A stretch of 64,000 nucleotides of DNA from contig CBDESZ010000018.1 in assembly GCA_965242725.1 (NCBI GenBank), positions 32,001-96,000 of the forward strand, in the 5' to 3' direction. Source of the DNA: Alkalispirochaeta sp. (GTDB taxonomy: Bacteria; Spirochaetota; Spirochaetia; DSM-27196; Alkalispirochaetaceae). Numbering within the stretch: position 1 is the first letter of the stretch; each line of letters begins with the position of its first letter. The notes beneath the pieces were generated by a model. It had not been told where the DNA came from. It searched no databases and saw only the letters and a program-made list of their open reading frames with translations. Positions 26,887 to 34,448 of the stretch are shown here, piece by piece. The translations under genes were made by a program, and so were the position numbers.

Positions 26887-27876
26887 ATGAAGTATCTGCG
26901 GCGGCGAGGCGTAATCGCCTCCATAGCTGCCATATTCCTTACCGGTATTGCGGCATTCATCCTCCTTGGAAATACATCGGGATCCCCTGGAGTCGGGCAC
27001 CTCCGGGTGGAACGTGACGGAGAGACAATCCGCTCCGCTCAGGTACGCAGCGATGTGGCGGGCCTTCCCGATCCCTCGGAGCTTCCCGGATACGAGGAAA
27101 TCGCCGCACTGAAGGAGACGTTTCCGCACCGGGTATCGGCGATCAGGGCGGAAGAGGGCGAGTGGGCGCTCCTTCTGGACGGCACGTGGTACCACTGGGC
27201 GGAAGGTCGTCTCCTTCCTGCGGACTTGAAGGATAAGTGGGAGGAGTTTATTCCCATCCGCTTCTACAACTATTCATTGGGACCGTGGACGGCGCCTGAA
27301 ATATCTCCTGAACTGGAAGAGCGCCTCGTGCGTTCCACCAGAAACCGTGACAGCGACGAACGGCAGCGGTTCAACTCATTTCTTGATGACCTCTATCAGG
27401 TGAACTCCCGGGAGACTGCCGACGGGCACATGAGAAGGGTTGAATTTTTCGGGCACTCGACGCGGGTTCACCCGGAAGTGATCACCCCTCTTGCGGGTGT
27501 GGAGCGGCGAATCGACCATGTCATGCTTGAAAATCAGGAGGTCCGGGATTTCGTCAGAAACCTCGCATCCATACACGGCTACAACTGGCGTCTCATCGCG
27601 GGTACGCAGCGGCGCAGTTACCACTCCTACGGTATGGCGGTCGATCTCGTTCCCAGGACCTACAACGGCGGTTGGGCATATTGGCGATGGGCGGCGGATG
27701 GCGGTGTCGATTCGTGGTGGCGCCTTCCCGGCGACGATCGGTGGCGCATACCGCAACCGATAATCGATGCATTTGAAGCAGAGGGGTTTGTCTGGGGAGG
27801 CAAGTGGCTCTTCTTTGACAACCTCCATTTTGAGTACCGCCCTGAGGTTGTCCATATGGCGCGGAATGACCGGTGA
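26887..27876 (+). CDS. M15-family peptidoglycan peptidase with N-terminal anchor
   Basis: YNWR.IAGT..RSYHSYGMAVD, WGGKW..FDNLHFEYRPE. Confidence 0.85.
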   Translation: MKYLRRRGVIASIAAIFLTGIAAFILLGNTSGSPGVGHLRVERDGETIRSAQVRSDVAGLPDPSELPGYEEIAALKETFPHRVSAIRAEEGEWALLLDGTWYHWAEGRLLPADLKDKWEEFIPIRFYNYSLGPWTAPEISPELEERLVRSTRNRDSDERQRFNSFLDDLYQVNSRETADGHMRRVEFFGHSTRVHPEVITPLAGVERRIDHVMLENQEVRDFVRNLASIHGYNWRLIAGTQRRSYHSYGMAVDLVPRTYNGGWAYWRWAADGGVDSWWRLPGDDRWRIPQPIIDAFEAEGFVWGGKWLFFDNLHFEYRPEVVHMARNDR

Positions 27877-27888
27877 TGCAATGCGAAC

Positions 27889-28299
27889 TCAGGGGGAATC
27901 GGGAATCACCGTGGTAAGCCGTCGGAGAAACTCACTCAGAATGCCGATACGTTCACCTGCAACGTCACGCCACCGCTTCAGCTGGAGAGTGCCGCCATCG
28001 GTGATTGTGTACACTTTGCGCGCCGGTCCTCCGCCACCTGATCGAATGGACGCTGTTACCGCCCCGTCTTTTTCCATCTCACGCAGAATACGGTAAATGA
28101 CCCCCGGATCGGGGAGCATCGACTCAGGCAGGTCCAGTTTCAGACGGCGGACAAGCTCATAACCGTGGTTCTCCTGTTCCGCGAGAAGCAGAAGGAGCCA
28201 CGTCCGGATGAGGCCGTGTACTCTGTATTCCGGTCCCTGCAGGCGCCCGCTTTCGTTTGTGTCTCCATGGGCCGGCGAAGGGTTTGCCGATCGTTTCAT
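27889..28299 (-). CDS. PadR-family transcriptional regulator
   Basis: HGYEL, IYRILREME.DG.V, GPARKVYTIT. Confidence 0.88.
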   Translation of the reverse strand: MKRSANPSPAHGDTNESGRLQGPEYRVHGLIRTWLLLLLAEQENHGYELVRRLKLDLPESMLPDPGVIYRILREMEKDGAVTASIRSGGGGPARKVYTITDGGTLQLKRWRDVAGERIGILSEFLRRLTTVIPDSP

Positions 28300-28310
28300 C
28301 AGTATACGAC

Positions 28311-28351
28311 GATACATCACTATTGACGTTAAGTCAATAGTGATGTATCTT
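28311..28351. promoter_or_regulatory. Perfect 17-bp-arm palindrome containing mirror-image divergent promoters (putative PadR operator)
   Basis: GATACATCACTATTGAC-GTTAA-GTCAATAGTGATGTATC 28311-28349. Confidence 0.8.
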
Positions 28352-28417
28352 GGATAGAGAGACTCCCGAAATATCAATATCGGGATGGTATCTGCAATTG
28401 AAACAAGGAGTGTACTC

Positions 28418-28837
28418 GTGAAAGAAAACAGGGACAAAAGACCGCATGTCGTGGATATTGAGAAACTGACGACCGAAAATCGTACCTTCAGGACTGCCGA
28501 ATGGACGGGCAAATTTCTGCAAATGACGACGATGTCAATCGAGGTCAACGGAGAGGTCGGTCTGGAAATTCACAAAGATACCGACCAGTTTTTACGTATT
28601 GAGTCGGGACAGGCCCGGGTTCTCATGGGAACATCAAAGGAAAATCTCGACTATCAAAAGGATGCCGAGGACGATGATGCAATTTTTATCCCTTCCGGCT
28701 ACTGGCACAACATTCTGAACACCGGTGACAAACCGCTCAAGCTCTATTCCATTTATGCACCGCCTCACCATCCTGCGGACACCGTCCATGAGACCTACGA
28801 AATCGCGATGGCCGCCGAGGAGGAAGACCACGAATGA
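28418..28837 (+). CDS. Cupin domain protein
   Basis: GLEIH..TDQFLRIESG, IPSGYWHNILNTG..PLKLYSIYAPPHHP; AAGGAG RBS. Confidence 0.88.
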   Translation: MKENRDKRPHVVDIEKLTTENRTFRTAEWTGKFLQMTTMSIEVNGEVGLEIHKDTDQFLRIESGQARVLMGTSKENLDYQKDAEDDDAIFIPSGYWHNILNTGDKPLKLYSIYAPPHHPADTVHETYEIAMAAEEEDHE

Positions 28838-28877
28838 GAAGGTATTGACCGCTGAAATTCGGGGCGGCAGTGTGCAG

Positions 28878-29063
28878 TTATTTAGAGATAATCGCCGTTA
28901 CCAAAAGGCCTAACCCGAGCCCCCCGATAATACTCCCGACAAAGTACAGTGCCGATATGTGTAAAACGAAGAATCCGACGCCGAGCCCTATGAGTACGCC
29001 GCCACCGACCGCCCAGGGGCTCCTGTCGCGGTCGTTCTTCCCGGTCTTTTCCGTTTGTTGCAT
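28878..29063 (-). CDS. Small two-TM glycine-rich membrane protein
   Basis: GGAGG RBS; GGGVLIGLGVGF...GLGLGLL. Confidence 0.7.
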   Translation of the reverse strand: MQQTEKTGKNDRDRSPWAVGGGVLIGLGVGFFVLHISALYFVGSIIGGLGLGLLVTAIISK

Positions 29064-29157
29064 TTTGTTACCTCCCGGTGAGTGTATCTGAAAAACGGCG
29101 TAAACGACATCGAAAGGGCACAACTTCTCACGCGGGCCGTACCGACGAGGGCGCGAT

Positions 29158-31320
29158 CTATACGAAAAGCGTTACGGTACTGGTGGTGCCGCCGTTGCCA
29201 TCCATTAAAAATGAACCTCTGAACTGCTCTGCCAGCATACTTACGATAGTGCTGCCGAACCCAGTCACCTGGTCGGTCTTCATTCTCCTGCTGAAACCGA
29301 CACCGTCGTCCTGCACCGTCAGTGTTACCCTGGATTCAGTCTTTTCAAGTTGGATGAGTATCCAACCGTCCGATGTATCGTCGAATGCATATTTGAACGC
29401 ATTGGTTAACAGTTCATTGAGAATGATTCCTATGGGAATTGCATCCCGTGGCGGGAGCGTGAATTCGGTGATTCGTTTCTCTATGACTACGTCTGAATGG
29501 TTATAGAATATTTCGGTAAGTGAATCGATGATCCCCTCGAGGTATTCTCTCATCGAGACATGATCATAAACCTCGCCGATTAGGAGCTTCTCGTACAGCG
29601 TGCGGGTTGTCGCAACCCGGGCCATGGCGTCGTGCAGTGCGGACCGAACATTGACGTCTTCGGTTGCGTTTGCCTGCAGGGATAGCAGGCTTTCAACCTG
29701 AGCCATGTTGTTCTTTATACGGTGGTTCACTTCTTTGAGAAGGGTTTCTTTTTCGATCAGCTGCCGCTGTATTTCTCCTTCAGCGCGTTTGCGTTCGGTA
29801 ATGTCCATCGCCGCGGCCAGTGATCCATAATAGTCTCCGTTCTGATCCAGGAGAGGAGTCGTTTCCAGGAGCAGGTAGATTCGCGCGCCGTTCTTGGTGA
29901 TAAACTCAAAATCGTGCTGTTCCTTGATCCCCTTTTTCCTTCGTTCCAAAAGGCTGGTTGCTTTCGCAATGCCCTGGTCATCCATGAAGGAAAACAAATG
30001 TGCTCCCATCATTTCCGCTACTGTATAGCCGAGCATATCGGCCATTTTCTGGTTGACATAGGTGGTATTGTTGTTCAGATCCAGTTGCCAGACACCTTCC
30101 TGGATAGTCTCAATAAGGTTCCTGTGCTGTTCTACACGTTCCCGTAGCTCATTCTCCATCTGTTTGCGCGACGTGACGTCGTCAAATGTCACGATAAGTT
30201 GATCGGAAGTGAAATGGGCAAATATCTGGCATAGCTTGACGGAACCATCCGCGCAGGTGATGCGGTACTCACCGGTATTTACCGCCGTCTCTATTTGCCG
30301 CGCCCGTCCCAGATTATCTTTCCAGCGGTGGAGAACTTCCTGTCGGTAGTCGGGGTCGGGGTAGGCGAGGGTGAACCATTCGACCACCGTCTCCGGTTGG
30401 TGCCCGAACATATCCCGGGCGCTCTTGCTCCAATACAGAATCTTTTCGTCGGCGATGTCCGCGATGCCGATGGGAAAGGGACTTGAATTAACGAGAGCCT
30501 TAAACTGTTCGATATCACGTAGAAGGGCATCTTCGCGTTGCTTTTCCCGGGTTATATCCTGCATCACACATGAGAGCTCAACGGTCTTTTTCGCGTCGTC
30601 CCGGACGACCGCGCCTCTAACCCGCATCCAACCCGTTGGTTCACCATCTTTGGCGCGCTGAAGCTCAATCTCAAAGGATTCTCCGGTTCGAAGCGACTCG
30701 TCTATGGCTTTTGTCAGCAGCTTCCAGCTTTCGGACATGAAGAACACTGCGAGGTCGTTATACGTCGACGAAAATTGTGACGGATCTACGCCAAATAACC
30801 TGTACAGTCCATCCGTCCATATTACGGCGCCGGACTCGATATGGAATCGCCATATTCCGAGTTGCGCGCCGCGCAGAGATTCCTGTAGTTCCTTTTCTCT
30901 CCGGCTGAGAGACTCCTGATGCTTGGAGACCACGTGACTTTTTTCAAACAACTTGAATGCCGTTTTTATCGACGCATCAAGCACAGCGACAGCGATACCG
31001 GAAGACTTCATAACATATCCGTAGGCGTCGATCTTTTCAGTCTTCCTTACAATTTCCGGTTCTTCATGGCTTGAGATAAAAACGATAGGGATTTTCCTGA
31101 CCTCAAGGATTCGACGAGCCGCTTCCGTTCCGTCGATGCCCCGACCGAGATCTATATCCATGAGGATGAGATCTATCGGTTTATTTCGATTGCAAACGAG
31201 GTCTATGGCCTTTTCTCCTGTGGTAACATAGGATGTCTCGTAGCCACATCTGGTCAGCTCTTGTTGTTTTGCCAGTGCAACAATCGCTTCGTCTTCAACC
31301 AGGAGAATCTTTCCGCTCAA
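29158..31320 (-). CDS. Hybrid sensor kinase: REC, multiple PAS/PAC and HisKA_2-type kinase
   Basis: ILLVEDE, LMDIDL, PAS repeats, KEVNHRIKNN, NELLTNAFKYAF, DDGVG. Confidence 0.9.
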   Translation of the reverse strand: MSGKILLVEDEAIVALAKQQELTRCGYETSYVTTGEKAIDLVCNRNKPIDLILMDIDLGRGIDGTEAARRILEVRKIPIVFISSHEEPEIVRKTEKIDAYGYVMKSSGIAVAVLDASIKTAFKLFEKSHVVSKHQESLSRREKELQESLRGAQLGIWRFHIESGAVIWTDGLYRLFGVDPSQFSSTYNDLAVFFMSESWKLLTKAIDESLRTGESFEIELQRAKDGEPTGWMRVRGAVVRDDAKKTVELSCVMQDITREKQREDALLRDIEQFKALVNSSPFPIGIADIADEKILYWSKSARDMFGHQPETVVEWFTLAYPDPDYRQEVLHRWKDNLGRARQIETAVNTGEYRITCADGSVKLCQIFAHFTSDQLIVTFDDVTSRKQMENELRERVEQHRNLIETIQEGVWQLDLNNNTTYVNQKMADMLGYTVAEMMGAHLFSFMDDQGIAKATSLLERRKKGIKEQHDFEFITKNGARIYLLLETTPLLDQNGDYYGSLAAAMDITERKRAEGEIQRQLIEKETLLKEVNHRIKNNMAQVESLLSLQANATEDVNVRSALHDAMARVATTRTLYEKLLIGEVYDHVSMREYLEGIIDSLTEIFYNHSDVVIEKRITEFTLPPRDAIPIGIILNELLTNAFKYAFDDTSDGWILIQLEKTESRVTLTVQDDGVGFSRRMKTDQVTGFGSTIVSMLAEQFRGSFLMDGNGGTTSTVTLFV

Positions 31321-31437
31321 TTTGGAACACCTGCCACATTGTTTATGCTATGGGTATACCGGATCGTTGTCAAAGCGGCCGAATGGTCGGCTTCGATGGA
31401 AAAATAATCTCACTCGAACAACACCGCCCTTTTCTAT

Positions 31438-31492
31438 CGCGCTCAGGGGGAACTCGATCCCCGACTCTCGGCTTAGAAGGCCGATGGTTCTA
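31438..31492 (-). pseudogene. Displaced, degenerate 3' half of tRNA-Arg(TCT) (att-site remnant)
   Basis: 20-bp identity CTCGGCTTAGAAGGCCGATG at 31467-31486 and 32413-32432; degenerate T-arm and acceptor strand TGAGCGCG. Confidence 0.85.
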
Positions 31493-31668
31493 CCTCCTTG
31501 TATGTTTCGTGTCCATATGAGGCGCCCGCCGAGAAGGCATTCGGTGGTCGATTTTCCGATTACCTCAAATGGCTTGTGGTAAACGATATGGGGTTGAAGT
31601 AAGTCCGGACGTCGTTTCGGTGACCGTGGTCAGCGAAAACAACTGGAGGACCTGCTTTTCAACAGGAA

Positions 31669-31697
31669 TTGACTGCATAAAAATTTATGCGTATGCT
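31669..31697 (+). promoter_or_regulatory. TA promoter TTGACT-N17-TATGCT with operator palindrome GCATAAA-AA-TTTATGC filling the spacer
   Basis: Direct inspection; palindrome 31675-31690. Confidence 0.75.
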
Positions 31698-31706
31698 CTT
31701 TGCGGG

Positions 31707-31973
31707 ATGGAGTTCGAGTTTGACCCGGTAAAATCCGACGGGAATGCTCGCAAGCACGGGATAGACTTTAAGACCGCCCAAGAATTGTGGCAGGATAACA
31801 GGCTGATCGTTCTCCCGTCCAGGTTTGCTGAAGAAACACGTTTTCTCGCCGTGGGAAAGATTAAAGACAAGCATTGGACAGCTATCTTCACCGAGCGGGG
31901 CGAATACATAAGATTGATCAGCGTCCGACGTTCAAGAATAGAGGAGAGGGGGCTATATGAGCGAAACAAATAG
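31707..31973 (+). CDS. brnT: BrnT-family ribonuclease toxin
   Basis: MEFEFDPVKSDGNARKHGIDF..A, E.RF..VG, IRLISVRRSR..E. Confidence 0.9.
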   Translation: MEFEFDPVKSDGNARKHGIDFKTAQELWQDNRLIVLPSRFAEETRFLAVGKIKDKHWTAIFTERGEYIRLISVRRSRIEERGLYERNK

Positions 31974-32223
31974 AGATAACCTCGAAAAACGCTTCGACGC
32001 GGGTGATTCGGTTCTCGACTACTTCGATACGGACGTTATCCTTACTATTGATCGGCTTGCGCAATTCGCACCCATTCTTAATCTCTCTGCCGTGGCCAGA
32101 GAGGCGGGAATCAACGTCCAAACACTGCAGGCCAAGATCCGTCGCAAAACCCCATTGACCGGTGAGGAGACTCGCCACATTGTCGATGTGCTGAAGCGAC
32201 ACCATCTGGAGACGGTGGCCTAA
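31957..32223 (+). CDS. Cognate antitoxin (BrnA-like N-terminus, HTH C-terminus)
   Basis: Overlaps brnT; RFDAGDSVLDYFD N-terminus; LNLSAVAREAGINVQTL HTH. Confidence 0.75.
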   Translation: MSETNRDNLEKRFDAGDSVLDYFDTDVILTIDRLAQFAPILNLSAVAREAGINVQTLQAKIRRKTPLTGEETRHIVDVLKRHHLETVA

Positions 32224-32264
32224 ACGGGACCGATGTCCGGGACCATGGTTACTGAGGTCGCTTC

Positions 32265-32340
32265 CGCCGCCATCTATGGCCGCTCATCCTCGCTACCGCT
32301 CGGCGCTCACTCGTTTCGAGTCCTCCTGGGTCCCTGAACG
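32265..32340 (-). repeat. Second tRNA-linked structured element (inverted copy of the tRNA-Arg 3' end plus motifs shared with 9611-9757)
   Basis: CGTTTCGAGTCCT at 32312-32324 equals 9731-9743; CTCGGCGCTC at 32299-32308 equals 9699-9708. Confidence 0.7.
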
Positions 32341-32382
32341 AAAAAGCGGGCGGCCCCCGTTATAAAGGAGCCGCCCGCTTTT
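32341..32382 (-). terminator. Intrinsic bidirectional terminator after tRNA-Arg
   Basis: AAAAGCGGGCGGC...GCCGCCCGCTTTT. Confidence 0.88.
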
Positions 32383-32383
32383 A

Positions 32384-32457
32384 CGCGCCCAACAGGACTC
32401 GAACCTGTGACCCTCGGCTTAGAAGGCCGATGCTCTATCCAGCTGAGCTATGAGCGC
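32384..32457 (-). tRNA. tRNA-Arg (TCT)
   Basis: GCGCTCATAGCTCAGCTGGATAGAGC..TCGGC-CTTCTAA-GCCGA..GGTTCGAGTCC; cloverleaf. Confidence 0.95.
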
Positions 32458-32506
32458 ATGGTCTGTGGCTGTGTCGCTCCGCTGCAGTGCGGGCGAACTG
32501 CCGGGA

Positions 32507-32579
32507 TCGGGATGGCCGGACTCGAACCGGCGGTCTCCTGCTCCCAAAGCAGGCGCCTTAGCCACTAGGCTACATCCCG
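32507..32579 (-). tRNA. tRNA-Pro (TGG)
   Basis: CGGGATG acceptor, CCTGC-TTTGGGA-GCAGG anticodon arm, GGTTCGAGTCC. Confidence 0.95.
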
Positions 32580-32592
32580 GAATTGAATCACG

Positions 32593-32621
32593 AGTATATG
32601 GAAGGGACGCGTTGCCGTCAA
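32593..32621 (-). promoter_or_regulatory. tRNA operon promoter TTGACG-N17-TATACT
   Basis: Near-consensus hexamers with a 17-bp spacer just upstream of tRNA-Pro. Confidence 0.75.
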
Positions 32622-32652
32622 CGGTGGGATGAGTGTTATAGTGCTTGGCGAA

Positions 32653-33306
32653 ATGAGTGAACACGAAACGGCCCGGGCGATTGCGATACTTGAAAGACTG
32701 ACGGAGCTCTACCCGGAAACGCCGAGCATGCTCAGCTATTCAACCCCTTTTGAGCTGCTCATCGGGGTGATTCTCTCCGCCCAGACGACGGACGATCAGG
32801 TGAACGCGATACTGCCCGCCCTCTTTGCCCGGTATCCCGATCCACACGCCCTTGCCGCGGCGGATGTTGCCGAGGTGGAGACGATCATACATTCGGTAGG
32901 ATTTTTTCGGCAGAAGGCGAAAAGCATCGTCGCCACCGCGGAAATGCTTGTAGAACGGCACGGCGGAGAGGTGCCGGATACGATGGAGGATCTTACCGGT
33001 CTGCGCGGAGTCGGCCGCAAGTCGGCGGGCGTCATCCTTCTTCACATATACGACCTTCCCGCACTCATCGTGGACACCCACTTCTCCCGTCTCGTCCAGC
33101 GGCTCGGGTTTTCTTCCGCAAAGGATCCGTTGCGTTTGGAACGGGACGTCGCGGCGGTTCTACCCCGGGAACACTGGAACAGCGCGAGCATGCGGTTGAA
33201 CTATCACGGCAGACGGGTGTGTTTCGCCCGGAAGCCGGCGTGTGATCAGTGCGTCCTCTCCGATCTCTGTCCTTCAGCCTTTACCATTGCAGGGGGTACG
33301 GGATGA
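32653..33306 (+). CDS. nth: Endonuclease III
   Basis: LLIGVILSAQTTD, HhH LRGVGRKSA, VDTH, C-x6-C-x2-C-x5-C. Confidence 0.93.
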   Translation: MSEHETARAIAILERLTELYPETPSMLSYSTPFELLIGVILSAQTTDDQVNAILPALFARYPDPHALAAADVAEVETIIHSVGFFRQKAKSIVATAEMLVERHGGEVPDTMEDLTGLRGVGRKSAGVILLHIYDLPALIVDTHFSRLVQRLGFSSAKDPLRLERDVAAVLPREHWNSASMRLNYHGRRVCFARKPACDQCVLSDLCPSAFTIAGGTG

Positions 33307-34397
33307 TCGTCCGAAAACCGTGGCGTCCGCAGGTACCGGACGAGCTGCAGTCGCTCTTTGCAGAGGAGGGGATTGAAGTTCTGGGCGTCACCGCGGCAAC
33401 GCCTTCAAGGGAGGATGAAGAACGGTACGACCGGTGGTTGTTCAAGGGGTATCACGGATCAATGTCATTCATGGAACGCCACCGGGAAGGGAAGTATCGT
33501 CCCGATAAGATCGTACCGGGCGCCCGGACGATAGTCTTCGGAGCGATAAACTACTATCAACGTCGAACACCATCCGCATCCGACCCGCACCACGCCGGTC
33601 TGGTTGCCCGCTACGCATGGGGAAGGGATTACCATAAGGAGCTGGGGAAACGGCTCAAGCGCATCGCCCGAAAGCTCGGCAGCCGCTATCCCGACGAGAC
33701 GTTCAGGGCATTCACCGACGCAACACCCCTGGCGGAACGTCACTACGGCGAAACTGCGGGGATCGGTTTTACCGGGCGCAACACATTGCTCATAAACGGG
33801 GAACTGGGAAGCTGGTTCTTTCTCGGTGAGATTGTGACGACAAAATACTATCCCCCCGGGGAGGCGGCGGGAAGACATCACGGCGGCTGCCCGACAAATT
33901 GCACAAGGTGCATCGATGTCTGCCCTACCGGCGCGCTTCTCGGTCCCCACCGCATCGATGCCTCCAAATGCATTTCATACCTGACCATAGAGCATGACGG
34001 CCCGATACCGGAACACCTTCGTCCGCATATGGGTAGCTGGATATTCGGGTGTGATCTCTGCCAGGAGGTGTGCCCCCTGAATGTGCGTGCACAGGTGACG
34101 GACGTCTCCGGTTTCACGACGCCCATTGCCGGGGAACGGGTCATACTTCGTGATATATTGACGATGAAGGAGGACGAAGCGTTCGTCGAGCGATTTGCCG
34201 GTTCACCCCTGATGCGGGCTGGTCGGCGAAAGATGATCCGAAATGCCCTCGTCGCCGCGGGAAATCTTCATGCCGAGGACCTGGTAGACCTGGTTCAGTC
34301 GATTGCCGACGGTGATGATGAAATGCTGGCTGAACACGCCCAATGGGCACTCCGGCACATGGGGCAATCGGATGCGCCGGTAGACGGGACAACATAG
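33303..34397 (+). CDS. queG: Epoxyqueuosine reductase
   Basis: ARYAWGRDYH, GSWFFLGE, CxxCxxCxxxCPT, CISYLTIE, GCDLCQEVCP. Confidence 0.93.
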   Translation: MIVRKPWRPQVPDELQSLFAEEGIEVLGVTAATPSREDEERYDRWLFKGYHGSMSFMERHREGKYRPDKIVPGARTIVFGAINYYQRRTPSASDPHHAGLVARYAWGRDYHKELGKRLKRIARKLGSRYPDETFRAFTDATPLAERHYGETAGIGFTGRNTLLINGELGSWFFLGEIVTTKYYPPGEAAGRHHGGCPTNCTRCIDVCPTGALLGPHRIDASKCISYLTIEHDGPIPEHLRPHMGSWIFGCDLCQEVCPLNVRAQVTDVSGFTTPIAGERVILRDILTMKEDEAFVERFAGSPLMRAGRRKMIRNALVAAGNLHAEDLVDLVQSIADGDDEMLAEHAQWALRHMGQSDAPVDGTT

Positions 34398-34448
34398 AGC
34401 GATAAGGCAATTTCAAATCTCCCAATTGTCGAATATACTCGATCAGGT

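Larger units (their letters stand above)
31467..32432. mobile_element. Integrase-less mini genomic island in tRNA-Arg(TCT) carrying a BrnT-type TA pair
   Basis: Flanking 20-bp direct repeats 946 bp apart spanning the anticodon arm. Confidence 0.7.

Noticed and set aside
31438..31497. A fourth functional tRNA
   Set aside because: No 5' acceptor strand or D-arm, and the T-loop is corrupted; it is an att-type fragment
31497..31660. Integrase remnant inside the tRNA-Arg mini-island
   Set aside because: No tyrosine or serine recombinase motif recognised in any frame; only a small dyad near 31614-31640
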